Notes: generated by a model from the letters alone, not told the origin. 64,000 nucleotides of DNA from Candidatus Poseidoniales archaeon (GCA_003602415.1 QQSK01000012.1:9841-73840), one strand, 5' to 3'; counted from the stretch's first letter, positions 9,046 to 19,747 are shown. Numbers and translations: made by a program.

Positions 9046-10245
9046 TTAACCATGTCGAGTCTTCTTAGTCTCTGGTTCTTGAGGAGGAAGGTCTTCCAGT
9101 CCAATGGTTTGGCCCTGTGCCTCAGCAATTTCACGGTCGATCTTAGGCACCTTTGGAGCAGGAGCCAAGAATGCATTCTTTTGCTCTTCAGTACCTTCAA
9201 TCTGTGCATCGAATGCCATCTGTTTGAGTTCAGCACGAATCTTTTCATCCTTCTCTTCTCTAAGCAAAGCATTGCAGTGGTTTCTAAGAATTTCATCACC
9301 CATCAATCTAGGTAATATCTTGACACATGCTAATCTCACACTTGCATGTTCGTGTGAACAACCTGCTAGAACAAGGTCTCTAGCACGACCATTATCAGTA
9401 TCAAGAACTTCTATACAACGTATCGCTGAAAGCATAACCTTAGATTCTGAGTCAAGTATTGCTCGTTCAGCCAAAATTGTAGCAATCCTCTGCTCTCGAT
9501 GAGCCAAAGGAACTAGACTTCTAGATGCTTGAATACGTGTCTCTGGGTCCTCATCTTCTAATGCCCAACCAATCAAATCCCAGGCGGCTGCCCCTCCTTT
9601 GACCAGCACTTTACGAAGCAAAGCGGCTGCACTCCTTCTAAGATACAATGATTCTTCTTGCAATAATTCATCAATGTGGTCGCATGCAACTTCTGGCCAG
9701 GTTGTACACAAATCGCCTAGTCCTGCAAATGCCGCTTGACTTCTCTGCCTGATGTGGTGGCGCAATTCAAATGCCAATGTGCCCTTTGTTGCCGAAGGGA
9801 AAACAGGAGCTACTGACTTCAAACAATTACTTGCTGCTTTACGTACATTTGCGTCCTTGTCATCCAATAATACAGAAAGATGATCAAACAATTCTGAAGA
9901 GCGTCTTTCTGCTACCGAAGGTAACGCGAAAAGACCTGCAATTCTGACTTCAGGGTCATCATCCATCAGACAATCAAGTAAAATCTTGTGACCTTCATGA
10001 ATTTGGTCACCAGCAATAATTGACAATGCTTTGATAGCATCCAATCTAGTCATGTGGTAATCCTTCTCTTTCCAACCGACACGATATGTTTCAATCTGAC
10101 CCTTTGCTAAGGGAATGACTGCTTGCTGAGGAATTGCCATCCAAGGGCCTTCTTTCAAATCACTCTTTTTCGTACGACGGCGGGTGCTACCGACGTTGAT
10201 TGGGCGACCCGTTCGAGGGTCGCGAGCGATGTATTCTCGTGACAT
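9046..10245 (-). CDS. HEAT-repeat protein
   Basis: Repeated D.D..VR..A...L helical-pair motifs (DDPEVRIAG, DKDANVRKAA, DEDPETRIQA, EHASVRLAC). I prefer the start at ATG 10245. The listed TTG at 10317 would run across the divergent promoter. Confidence 0.6.
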   Translation of the reverse strand: MSREYIARDPRTGRPINVGSTRRRTKKSDLKEGPWMAIPQQAVIPLAKGQIETYRVGWKEKDYHMTRLDAIKALSIIAGDQIHEGHKILLDCLMDDDPEVRIAGLFALPSVAERRSSELFDHLSVLLDDKDANVRKAASNCLKSVAPVFPSATKGTLAFELRHHIRQRSQAAFAGLGDLCTTWPEVACDHIDELLQEESLYLRRSAAALLRKVLVKGGAAAWDLIGWALEDEDPETRIQASRSLVPLAHREQRIATILAERAILDSESKVMLSAIRCIEVLDTDNGRARDLVLAGCSHEHASVRLACVKILPRLMGDEILRNHCNALLREEKDEKIRAELKQMAFDAQIEGTEEQKNAFLAPAPKVPKIDREIAEAQGQTIGLEDLPPQEPETKKTRHG

Positions 10246-10341
10246 GGCGTTGCGGGCATCACGGGGGGGGAAATGAACCCTCCTCTTTATTGTCTGACTT
10301 CTTTGCAAAATTATCAAACCCTTTCACACGCACGCCCATGC

Positions 10342-13300
10342 ATGCGAAGGAGTGCAATGGCGTGTTTTGTAATCGCACTTTTTCTTCTTCAATCTTGGTC
10401 TACAACCAACCTAGGCTTGGAAGACAAAACCAAATCTGAATCATACTATGAAAATAATTTATTCAATCAAAGTGGATTTTTTGAGGACGGGGTATATACT
10501 ACTCCTGATGGTGAAAGCCATGTCAGTAGGCCTCACATTCAGTGGACATTTCCTAATCAAGGGTTGATGAGTATTCGATCAGGCGCTTGTTCTGTATCCA
10601 TTGAATCGATTAATGAGGTATGGCTGATGGGTGGAAGAATGGACCCAAACCCTACACAGTCTGGTGATGAAACACCTTCTAGTTTAGTTGAAATCTTAAA
10701 CAATCAAAACAAAACTTGGATGCCAGCACAAACAAATTTACCTCAATCACAACAATATTGTGAAGCGGAATTGGTAGGTGATTTAGTGATTGTAGTAGGA
10801 GATTGGCATAGAGGTTCAAGCCCTTACCAATATCCTACGGGTTTGGTTCAGATATTCAATTTGGCAAATAACTCGTGGTACAATGGCACATCAATGCCCT
10901 CGAATGATGAGAGAGGATTAGGGGCAATGGCTGAGGCAAATGGTTTCTTGTATTATGCAGGAGGTGTGCGAAGTGCGTCTGCAAATGATGCAACAAACAA
11001 GACATTCAGATATGATCCAGTGAATAACAGTTGGTCAAGAATGGCAGATATGAACCACGCCAGAGCATCATTTGAATTGATTAATTTTCACGGACAATTG
11101 TATGCAATGGGTGGATTCCATGGCACACAAACTTGGAATAGACAAGCGTTGGACTATGTTGAGAGATACGACCCAGCTACAGATACATGGACCAACCTAT
11201 CCGCACTTCCCACCGGAATGTTTGGTTGGGCTGGAACAGTTCTAAATGATGAAATTGTAATGGTGGGAGGTTACAATGGAGGTCCTAAGAAGACAGTGTA
11301 TCATTGGAATCCTGTTGAAGACACATGGTCTCAAGGATTCGACATAGGCTCAGTGGGACATTTTGATGTAACTGTTGAAGAGATTAATGGCAGTATTGTT
11401 TGGGCTTCAGGAGATATGTCATCCAACCCATACAGTTCATGGGGTCAATTGTTTTCTGCAGATACTGAATTTCAAAACAAGACATCTTCACATGCTGGAT
11501 GGATTACGTCACCAATCATAGATTTGCGCCCCTCATCTAATGCAAGGGCTACTCCAGTACAACTAGAGATGTTAGGAACCAATACCTTTGGCGGAGAACT
11601 TGGATTCCAATATCGTACAAGTACAGATTCTAGTACTATGACTTCTCAGGAATGGCAAGGTCTTGATGGAACAATAAACACAACATTTGCACTTGGTACA
11701 ACGGATCTTGATTTAGAGGATTATGCAGACTTCATGCAGTACAGAATAAAGATGCTAGTTACTGACATGCCCAACTGGGATGAGCCAGACTTGGATGCGA
11801 TGAAAATTCGAGCAGAGCATGCTGGTTTTGTATCTAGTATTCCTTCTACATTGCACCCTCGTGCAGAAACTGTTCATATTCAGACGACTCACGATATTGC
11901 TGATTCAGGTAGTATGTATCTAGAATTAGCTTCGTGTGATTCATTTGGGGCCATAAATGGGCCATGGTCTCGAATGTCTCATGATGGAAGCACATTTACT
12001 GAGAGCGATACTCAGGGCTTGTTTATACAAAGTGATGGAACCATCAATTCAACATCGGTTGGAGAAACTGTGATAGATTGGTCTTTTGATTTAGGAGACC
12101 TTACGGGAATTTCACATCTATGTACTAGAGTTGGCTCGATTGGAGTTAAATCAACGCTATACACATATTCATCACCGATTACAATTGACAATATTCTAGA
12201 AGTTAGAATTACAGACTTAGGGCAATTTGAAAGTGGAGATGCTCTTAGTGGAGGAGTTTCATTCGATATAGGGTTAAATCATTCATTCCCTTCATCAGGG
12301 ATGACGTTGTCAAGTGGTGACATACAGGCTAGATTGATTTTTACGATTAGAACAATGGATGCTACAACTAACAATTACACTGGCTGGTCCAACCAAACCA
12401 CGCCTTGGACTGACCTGACTGTTGGACAATCTGACAATATAGTCTGGTCATTGCCTACAGACGTTTCAGGAATTGTCAACATAACATTAGAATCTAGAAG
12501 CGACCAATCTTTCCAAATGCTTAACGATGCAAATAACTCAAATCTAATCTTGGACAACGAAAATCCAGTTATCATTTCTAGCGATCCGGTGTATGGCAGT
12601 TACCTCAATAGCCAAGAAAACCGAGAGATATCGATAACTGTAGCAGACACATCCGGATTTACATTCGATAACATGACATTGGAAATATGGGTTGAAGGGA
12701 TTGATGATGCATCGGATGGTAGTTTCCCAGATGGTATTCCCCAAGAAGGCGAGTATAGAGAGATCAATTTCACTTTGGAAAACAATGGTAGTTTGTGGTG
12801 GTTTAACACGACTCAATCCGATAATTTGAATCAAGACCAACAACTGGTTTACTTGAGGATTATTGGAACTGATTTGACAGATAATTCAGCAACTAACAAT
12901 ACAATTTGGTGGCGAACAAGAGATGCCCAAAATGCAGTTGTGGAAAGAATATACAATCAGAATGCATCGCAATATTGGGAAGTTTCCAGAGATATCTCTT
13001 GGGATTTTGTAATCAGTGATGGAAATGGAATTTCCGATTTAATGTCGATGCGAATTGAGTTGGGAGATGATTCTGACTTTGGCATTGAATATGATGTAGC
13101 AGACTCACTATGTTCGTCCCTGGATTCTAGAATCGATTCAGATCGAACTGTTTGCAGCCATTCTTATGATGGTGATGAAATGATTATTTCAGTGCAGTTA
13201 TTTGCAAGCTGGGAGGTAGAAAGGTCTGCGTTAAACGAAGGTATTGTCGAGGTATTTCTTGAAGACCTAGATGGGATTAGTAAGACAACATTCCAGAATC

Positions 13301-14814
13301 TGTGGGTATTTTCTGATGACTTCGATTTTGAAATTTTCACCATAGCCGATAAGTCAGGAACGGTTACAGGAGAAATTACAAATCAATCAATTGTACAAAT
13401 CGGTGATGAATTACAAATCTCAGGAACGATATCCCACGCACTGTCTGGACTGCCTTACGAAGGAGATATTTCAGTCAGTTGGTGGGGATTATTGCAAGGT
13501 TCAAACTGGTTCGGAGCAGGTACTATTCAAGTTAGCAATGGTGAAATTAATGCAACTATTCCTATGCCTAATACAGGGGGAATTCTCGACATGAGTATTG
13601 CCTTCATGGATCCATGGGAAACACGAACATTAGGAAGTTATGATTTGCAAACTTTCATTGTTGACGCAGGATCGCCAATTATCCTAGAATCTGACTCTGA
13701 TGGTTACTCAAGATACCACTTAGAAGATATTGGAATCGGTATCAAAATTGTTGAAGAGGTAAGTTGGACTGGCCATCTAAGTATCACCTGTCAGGTCATT
13801 TCTACTGAAATTGATTGGCCAGCTATTACTCAATCTTTACAACCAACCCAAGTATTCCAAGGTAAAACATTGTTCACATTTACATTTGATTTCTCAGACC
13901 AAGGTGACCCTTCGCTACTATCTCCCGAATCTCGAATCGATTGTTGGGCGTCAGGACAAGATGATGCAGGTTGGGATTTGATTAGTTCAACTGAGATACC
14001 ACTAAGTGAACCTTGGCTGACATTGCCTCTTTCAAATGTAGGACCCAATATCGAATTAGTCGATGTGAAGTTGGATGGAAATGCTGAACCAGGTACTGAA
14101 ATACGTGCAGAAATTTCTGTCCTCAATTCTGGAGAAAGTCTACAAGAATCCTTCAACATCACAGTTTACACCATTTCTGGAGAAGAGCGTACATTGGTGG
14201 GAAGATATAATCAGGCCCAAATTTCAAGCGGCCAAGGTATTGTCAAGCGTGTTGCTATTACAGTGCCTGAAGGAGATTGGATATTGGAAGTAATAGTTGA
14301 CGAAGACCAGAGAATATGGGAATTGAATGAAGAAGATAATTCGTTTTCCAAGAAATATTCTGCTCCCGAAGATTTCAATGCGTTGCTGTATATTGGTGGA
14401 GGACTAGGAATTACTGGATTGTTAGCAGCATTGATTGTTCTTCGTAAACGTAAGCCTTCTGAAGATGAGCAATCTAAGAAATTGCCATCACTTGAGGACT
14501 TACCAAGAAGTGGGCCGCCAAAGAACACATCTGGACCTAATTCTGTGAACAAGCCAAAGCGAGGGCCTCCGCCGAAAGTGAATAAATCGAACGTTCCAGT
14601 TGACCAACCAGCAGCAGACATATCGGATGCTATGGCAAAATTATCTCTTGACACATTACCTGGAAATAATGCACAACCTCAAACTGTACCTTCCTATGAA
14701 CAACTACCAGGCGGTGGAGAATATGACTACTTATCAGAAGGTACATTCTACTATGGAGAAGGTATTGGCAGATGGATGCTCGAAGATGATGGTTCATTCA
14801 CCAAAGTGGAGTGA
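10342..14814 (+). CDS. Giant surface protein: N-terminal Kelch beta-propeller, long beta-rich region, CARDB-like domain, TM helix and a cytoplasmic tail of about 150 aa
   Basis: Signal peptide MRRSAMACFVIALFLLQSWS. Kelch blades (LMGGRMD, YYAGGVRS, LYAMGGFHG, IVMVGGYNGG with W/Y spacing). CARDB-like GPNIELVDVKLDG..EISVLNSG..FNITVY. TM segment LLYIGGGLGITGLLAALIVLRKRK. Confidence 0.8.
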   Translation: MRRSAMACFVIALFLLQSWSTTNLGLEDKTKSESYYENNLFNQSGFFEDGVYTTPDGESHVSRPHIQWTFPNQGLMSIRSGACSVSIESINEVWLMGGRMDPNPTQSGDETPSSLVEILNNQNKTWMPAQTNLPQSQQYCEAELVGDLVIVVGDWHRGSSPYQYPTGLVQIFNLANNSWYNGTSMPSNDERGLGAMAEANGFLYYAGGVRSASANDATNKTFRYDPVNNSWSRMADMNHARASFELINFHGQLYAMGGFHGTQTWNRQALDYVERYDPATDTWTNLSALPTGMFGWAGTVLNDEIVMVGGYNGGPKKTVYHWNPVEDTWSQGFDIGSVGHFDVTVEEINGSIVWASGDMSSNPYSSWGQLFSADTEFQNKTSSHAGWITSPIIDLRPSSNARATPVQLEMLGTNTFGGELGFQYRTSTDSSTMTSQEWQGLDGTINTTFALGTTDLDLEDYADFMQYRIKMLVTDMPNWDEPDLDAMKIRAEHAGFVSSIPSTLHPRAETVHIQTTHDIADSGSMYLELASCDSFGAINGPWSRMSHDGSTFTESDTQGLFIQSDGTINSTSVGETVIDWSFDLGDLTGISHLCTRVGSIGVKSTLYTYSSPITIDNILEVRITDLGQFESGDALSGGVSFDIGLNHSFPSSGMTLSSGDIQARLIFTIRTMDATTNNYTGWSNQTTPWTDLTVGQSDNIVWSLPTDVSGIVNITLESRSDQSFQMLNDANNSNLILDNENPVIISSDPVYGSYLNSQENREISITVADTSGFTFDNMTLEIWVEGIDDASDGSFPDGIPQEGEYREINFTLENNGSLWWFNTTQSDNLNQDQQLVYLRIIGTDLTDNSATNNTIWWRTRDAQNAVVERIYNQNASQYWEVSRDISWDFVISDGNGISDLMSMRIELGDDSDFGIEYDVADSLCSSLDSRIDSDRTVCSHSYDGDEMIISVQLFASWEVERSALNEGIVEVFLEDLDGISKTTFQNLWVFSDDFDFEIFTIADKSGTVTGEITNQSIVQIGDELQISGTISHALSGLPYEGDISVSWWGLLQGSNWFGAGTIQVSNGEINATIPMPNTGGILDMSIAFMDPWETRTLGSYDLQTFIVDAGSPIILESDSDGYSRYHLEDIGIGIKIVEEVSWTGHLSITCQVISTEIDWPAITQSLQPTQVFQGKTLFTFTFDFSDQGDPSLLSPESRIDCWASGQDDAGWDLISSTEIPLSEPWLTLPLSNVGPNIELVDVKLDGNAEPGTEIRAEISVLNSGESLQESFNITVYTISGEERTLVGRYNQAQISSGQGIVKRVAITVPEGDWILEVIVDEDQRIWELNEEDNSFSKKYSAPEDFNALLYIGGGLGITGLLAALIVLRKRKPSEDEQSKKLPSLEDLPRSGPPKNTSGPNSVNKPKRGPPPKVNKSNVPVDQPAADISDAMAKLSLDTLPGNNAQPQTVPSYEQLPGGGEYDYLSEGTFYYGEGIGRWMLEDDGSFTKVE

Positions 14815-14818
14815 TTAG

Positions 14819-15370
14819 ATGTCGGCAGAGATTGAAGATATCAAGAGAGTTTTGACTATCTGTTTCAGGATGGGCGGTAAACAAACTGCAGATGATCTAG
14901 AAAGAATTCTTTCATTTGATATGGGATGGATGGATACTGAAACTGCACATGATGCTATCAAAGCACTAATTTTCGCAGGTTGGATAAAGGATGAAGATGG
15001 TTTTCTGTCTCCTAATTGTGAGATAAAAGGAATCAGAGCACCCCTGGGATGGCAACCTAGGCCGTCTCGATTAACCGACCCATTGGTCAATGAAAATCAT
15101 AATCCTGAGCAGCCTCCCGAACCAATCAAAGCTCAACCGGTTATCCTTCCTGAGACTGAAATCAGTGAATCTGACCCTAGGGCTAGGATTGAGAAAAGAT
15201 TGACCAAGTTCATCTCAAAACAAGCAGGCATTGATTCTGAAGAAATAATTCGTCGCGCAGAAAGGAAAATGAAGGCACTCAGGTATTGTACAATGTGGTT
15301 GGCTCTTTGCCTAATAAGTAGAGAGCAAGACCTTGAAATGAATTCAATTATTGATTCATTCGCTGCTTAA
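14819..15370 (+). CDS. Hypothetical archaeal protein (possibly DUF2240-like), 4 nt downstream of the giant Kelch gene
   Basis: ATG lies 4 nt after the upstream stop. The pattern W.D.E.A...I...I.AGWI..EDG.L.P recalls DUF2240, but I could not verify this. Confidence 0.45.
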   Translation: MSAEIEDIKRVLTICFRMGGKQTADDLERILSFDMGWMDTETAHDAIKALIFAGWIKDEDGFLSPNCEIKGIRAPLGWQPRPSRLTDPLVNENHNPEQPPEPIKAQPVILPETEISESDPRARIEKRLTKFISKQAGIDSEEIIRRAERKMKALRYCTMWLALCLISREQDLEMNSIIDSFAA

Positions 15371-17926
15371 TGTGCTGCTTTCTGACATCAATAGCAGAAC
15401 AGGTAGTACAATTATCGAAAGAACTAGTGAAAATGTAACAGTCAATGCTGTGACTAAACCAAATTGCTGAACGACAGGCATTGGAGATAATAGCAATACA
15501 AGGAAACCAAGTGCAGTCGTTCCTGCTGAAAGTATCAAGGCGACACCAGTGGTCGAAATTGTCTCTTCGAGTGCCTCCCAAACATCATCATTTTTACCTC
15601 GTTCAGCCTCAAACCTTCTCCACATATGAATGACATAATCGATTCCAATACCTAACGATAGCGCTGTAACCATCACTGTCAGAACATTCCACTTCAATGA
15701 TAATACAACCATTGAACCAACAACCCAAAGTGTTGCTAAAACTACAGGGGTAAGAACGACTAATGCTGGAACAGGACGTCGAGTAAGTAACAACAATACC
15801 AAGAATGATACAATGAATGAAATTGCAGTAGATGATAATTGAGACGAATTAAGACCGTCCAAAACATTCTGTAATGCTACCAAATCTCCTGTAATGTACA
15901 CATTTGCAACACCGGATAATTCACTACGCATTTTACCATCGTTACTGTCCTCATCGCCTAGTTCCTCCTCGAACCAGTTGACCACTCTACTCGTGTCGCT
16001 TGAGGTAGATGCATCAACTCGGATTTCAATTCTCAGATGCAAGATTTTGTCACCTTCTAGGTGGACTGTCTCTGAAATCCTATCTGCCCAAGAATCTCCG
16101 GTAAACGGATCTGCGATTGTAGTGTTTTGTGAAAGGTTCTGGAAGGCGGCACCTAAGTCGAACTGTGATGAAATACCTCTTCTCAAATCACCTTGTGTAA
16201 TGACCAAACCATAGCGTTCTCCAAACAATACATCATTGTCCACAGCATCGAATAGAACCTTGTAAGGACCCTCGTAAGATGGACTTCCATCGGAACCTCC
16301 GCCTCCAACTACATCGTGATTATTGGCCAAATCATTGTGTAATCCCCGCATTTCATTTAGAAGTATGAAATCAGAATCGATTTCTTCAGCGGATTCTGAT
16401 GGTTCCATCATGACATAAACAATCTTCCATCCCGCACTTTCGTAACTTTGGTCGAGTTCATCCCTTACCTGCATGATTTCCATGTCTTCATCCAAGAAAT
16501 CGCTAAGATCGAATTCGGTCTCCAATCCCATGGCTCCAATAATAGAAGCCCCTGTGATAATTAATGCAACAATGAAAACCATAGCCTGTTGGGTTCGTTG
16601 TAAGTCAACTAGCTTCTTAGACAAACGAGGCATTCTAATTGGGTCAGCAGGATTTGTTCCCTCCGAAGAATCTAGAACAACGTGCAAAGCACCAACCACG
16701 ATTGTTGCATTGAGGAACGCAGAAATGACACCTACTGCCAATGCAATTCCAAATGTCTCAAGTGGAGGAAGAGGAGAGATGATGTTCGCAAGGAATGCTG
16801 CAACTGTTGTGATAACCGCTAGTCCTAGAGGTGTGGAAAGTTTGGCACACGATGCAAGCCAGGCCTCAGAGGCATCATTAGATTCCTCTCTAAAGGTGTT
16901 GTACCTTCTCTGTAAATGAATGGAGTAATCAATTCCTAAACCAAGAACTAGAGGTGCCACTGCGACTTCTAAAGCCGTGAATCTTGCTCCAGCAAAATTT
17001 AGCAAACCATATGTCCAGATTAGTGCCGAGGACAGACCCACTAATGGGAATACTACGCCCTTTACACTCCTGAAAGTAATTGCCAATAACAAGACGACTA
17101 CAAGAACTGCGAGAAGAATCAACGTAGCCAGATTATCGAATGTTCCTTCATCTATGTCATGTGAAATCAAATCCAATGATGCTACGCCATAATTCAATTC
17201 GGATTCATCACTCAACTTGTCGAAAACATCTCGCAATTGATTCTGCTTAGATTTCCGTTCTTGATTTGAAAGGCTAGGGTCAATCTCCAAAATCCAGAGT
17301 GTCGATGATGCGGAAACTATGGCATTCCCTTGGGCTCCATCAGACTCTATCCAAAGACAAATCTCTGAACCATCGAAATCAGAATTAAGCATGCCATCTA
17401 GAATGAACTGTGCTACTTCACGTTGCTTTGAAACATCGCCTGGGCAGTCAGATTCATTGATATCAATGACCAAATTCATCATCTCTTCCCACGATTCTAC
17501 ATCAGATAATTCAGTACCATTAGCCTCTTCGTCTAATGCTATTTGAAGTATTGAAGGAGCTGTGATCCAATCCTGAACCACGTTTTGCATCATCTGACTT
17601 TCATTCTGCACCAAATCTAAATGCGAATCCATCAATTCTAGAGAATCCATATCCAATACATTGCCGCCATCATCCCTTGTGACATGAACAAACATCACTC
17701 GAGTTTCGTTTGTGAAATGCTCACTAATTCGTTCATGAGCCTCCGAGGAATCTGAATCCGGAGCGAAGTCGGATAAGTCGGTGTGGAATGTTGGAGTATC
17801 CACAAATGCCAAATCTGCAGCCAAACCAATTGTTAGAATCACAGAAACGATGAGGATTGGCCACGACATTTTGCGAAAATTGTCAGATTGGTTTCGCAAC
17901 CTATCCTCTATCGGCACAGAACGCAC
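15356..17926 (-). CDS. RND-superfamily (MMPL/COG1033-type) exporter
   Basis: Two TM bundles each follow a large ectodomain. Duplicated signature GLGIDYSIHLQRRY / GIGIDYVIHMWRRF. Start is GTG at 17926, with an alternative ATG at 17869. Confidence 0.8.
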   Translation of the reverse strand: MRSVPIEDRLRNQSDNFRKMSWPILIVSVILTIGLAADLAFVDTPTFHTDLSDFAPDSDSSEAHERISEHFTNETRVMFVHVTRDDGGNVLDMDSLELMDSHLDLVQNESQMMQNVVQDWITAPSILQIALDEEANGTELSDVESWEEMMNLVIDINESDCPGDVSKQREVAQFILDGMLNSDFDGSEICLWIESDGAQGNAIVSASSTLWILEIDPSLSNQERKSKQNQLRDVFDKLSDESELNYGVASLDLISHDIDEGTFDNLATLILLAVLVVVLLLAITFRSVKGVVFPLVGLSSALIWTYGLLNFAGARFTALEVAVAPLVLGLGIDYSIHLQRRYNTFREESNDASEAWLASCAKLSTPLGLAVITTVAAFLANIISPLPPLETFGIALAVGVISAFLNATIVVGALHVVLDSSEGTNPADPIRMPRLSKKLVDLQRTQQAMVFIVALIITGASIIGAMGLETEFDLSDFLDEDMEIMQVRDELDQSYESAGWKIVYVMMEPSESAEEIDSDFILLNEMRGLHNDLANNHDVVGGGGSDGSPSYEGPYKVLFDAVDNDVLFGERYGLVITQGDLRRGISSQFDLGAAFQNLSQNTTIADPFTGDSWADRISETVHLEGDKILHLRIEIRVDASTSSDTSRVVNWFEEELGDEDSNDGKMRSELSGVANVYITGDLVALQNVLDGLNSSQLSSTAISFIVSFLVLLLLTRRPVPALVVLTPVVLATLWVVGSMVVLSLKWNVLTVMVTALSLGIGIDYVIHMWRRFEAERGKNDDVWEALEETISTTGVALILSAGTTALGFLVLLLSPMPVVQQFGLVTALTVTFSLVLSIIVLPVLLLMSESSTLSSE

Positions 17927-18073
17927 AACCAGTCGGGGCCCGAATCAGTACTAAAGCGAGAAGGGTCGAAAAGTCATCAAATCGTGGATTATTCTACCTC
18001 CATCCTGGCCACGATTTGGGGTTTTGCGGCCAAAGGTTCATCAATGCGAGGCTGGACGCCAGCATCGTTCACT

Positions 18074-18331
18074 ATGCCAGTAAAAGTACTCGCCCGCGAC
18101 GATAACGAACTTAGAGTTCGATTTATTGGAGAGTCCCACACCTCTCTTCAGATACTACGTGAAAGGCTAAACAGCGACAAGGGAGTCGATTATGCCAACT
18201 ATTTCCCAGGTCACCCAGATTTGGACGAACCTGAATTTTTCATTAGAACTAACAAAGGAGTAGACCCTGCTGATTTGTTGAAGAAATTGATTGGAGACAT
18301 CAAAGGCGATTACTCCAGTCTCAGCATCTGA
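18074..18331 (+). CDS. rpoL: DNA-directed RNA polymerase subunit Rpo11 (L)
   Basis: ELRVRFIGESHTSLQILRERL....VDYANYFPGHPDLDEPEFFIRT matches the Rpo11 core. Start is at the internal ATG (MPVKVL). Confidence 0.8.
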   Translation: MPVKVLARDDNELRVRFIGESHTSLQILRERLNSDKGVDYANYFPGHPDLDEPEFFIRTNKGVDPADLLKKLIGDIKGDYSSLSI

Positions 18332-18343
18332 GTTGTGTAGCAA

Positions 18344-19741
18344 ATGTCCGCCGAGGATAGCCTCGCCAATGCAATTGGCCTAACAGGATATGCTGTTGAT
18401 GGAGAAGGCATAGGTGGAGTTTTGAAATCAAGAGTCACCGACTTTAGGGTTGATGAGATATCAACAAAAATCTCTCTTGACCCAAGAGGGCGCTTTACAG
18501 CAGCTAACATTACACTTACCAATTGGGAAACCAATAGATTCATCGGTAAATTGGCCAAAGCATGTGGTATCTCAAGAAATCGAATATTCTTTGCAGGGAC
18601 TAAAGATAAGAGAGCGGTTACTAGGCAAGTATTCATTATTGATGCTCCTCAAAAAAGAGTTGCACAAGTGGAAATCCCAGATGTTGAAATTGAGATTATC
18701 GGCAGGACACATCAAAAAATTGGATTTGGAAATCACAAGGGAAATCGGTTTACGATAGTTGCTCGAGGATGCTGTCACCCAGATGGAAGCCCTATGACAG
18801 AATCTGAAGCCATGGATAGAATTGCTGCTATTGAGGCGGCGATGAAAGAAAAATTGGGTTCAGAATTGTTCCCTAATTGGATCGGTCCTCAGAGATTTGG
18901 TGCAGGTAGGCCTGTAACTCCAGTTGTTGGAAGGCATGTAATTACAAACGACTGGGAAGGTGCTGTAATGTCTTACCTTAGTATGGAAGGTGATGAGAAT
19001 GAGGATGTATCTAATTTCAGAAAGCATGTCCGTGAAAATGGGATTACTGAAGAGGGATTGGAAATTATCCCACATTGGTTGGGCTTTGAAAGAGATATGA
19101 TGAGACATATGCTTGCTAATCCAGAAGATTGGGTCGGAGCGTTTCGAAGGTTGCCAAACAATCTGCAACTAATGACTGTACATTCTTTGCAATCGGTCGC
19201 TTTCAACAAGACCATCAAGGCCAGAATTGATGCCGAGATACCCCTTTCAAACCCAATAATCGGGGACATCGTTGGTAGAATCGATGATAATGGACAATTG
19301 GAAACATCATCTACAGTATTGGTTGAAGAACGTACTTTATCTAGAATTTTAAGAAATTGTCAATTGGGTAGATTGGCAGTTACTGGACAACTTCCTGGCT
19401 CAGTTATGAGTAAGCCAACTGGAACATCTGGAAAAATAGAAGCCGATGTTCTTGAAGAAATGGGATTATCTCAAACCACTTGGCAGGTAGAAAAAATCGG
19501 CAGACTAACCACCAAAGGTACCCGAAGACAATTGGTCACTAACTTCAGTGAGTTCCAATATGAACCAGTCCCCATAGCAGGTGAGGAAACCATGGGGGAC
19601 AAGTGGTTAGCAGGGGTAAAGGAAGGAGAACTTTGGAATCCAGAAGGTGCCTGCATAAGATTCAGGTTTACTCTACCTTCAGGAAGCTACGCTACTACAT
19701 TATTGAGAGAGTTCATGAGAACTCCATTGCAACAACTTTGA
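18344..19741 (+). CDS. truD: tRNA pseudouridine synthase TruD/Pus7 family
   Basis: Catalytic motif FAGTKDKRAVTRQ. Archaeal length of 465 aa. Confidence 0.85.
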   Translation: MSAEDSLANAIGLTGYAVDGEGIGGVLKSRVTDFRVDEISTKISLDPRGRFTAANITLTNWETNRFIGKLAKACGISRNRIFFAGTKDKRAVTRQVFIIDAPQKRVAQVEIPDVEIEIIGRTHQKIGFGNHKGNRFTIVARGCCHPDGSPMTESEAMDRIAAIEAAMKEKLGSELFPNWIGPQRFGAGRPVTPVVGRHVITNDWEGAVMSYLSMEGDENEDVSNFRKHVRENGITEEGLEIIPHWLGFERDMMRHMLANPEDWVGAFRRLPNNLQLMTVHSLQSVAFNKTIKARIDAEIPLSNPIIGDIVGRIDDNGQLETSSTVLVEERTLSRILRNCQLGRLAVTGQLPGSVMSKPTGTSGKIEADVLEEMGLSQTTWQVEKIGRLTTKGTRRQLVTNFSEFQYEPVPIAGEETMGDKWLAGVKEGELWNPEGACIRFRFTLPSGSYATTLLREFMRTPLQQL

Positions 19742-19747
19742 ATCATT

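Noticed and set aside
8928-9502. ORFs 8928..9299 (-), 9016..9315 (+) and 9104..9502 (+).
   Set aside because: They overlap the HEAT-repeat gene and the 71-aa gene in alternative or antisense frames. Their basic, Leu/Ser-rich composition is unlike the acidic proteome.
10246-10341. N-terminal extensions of both divergent ORFs (TTG 10317 for the HEAT gene, ATG 10273 for the Kelch gene), which would make them overlap.
   Set aside because: The extensions lack signal or homology features. The internal ATGs give a clean signal peptide (MRRSAMACFVIAL...) and leave a plausible 96-nt divergent promoter. This is not fully excluded.
14211-14654. 147-aa minus-strand ORF.
   Set aside because: It is antisense to the cytoplasmic-tail region of the Kelch giant gene and has no independent support.
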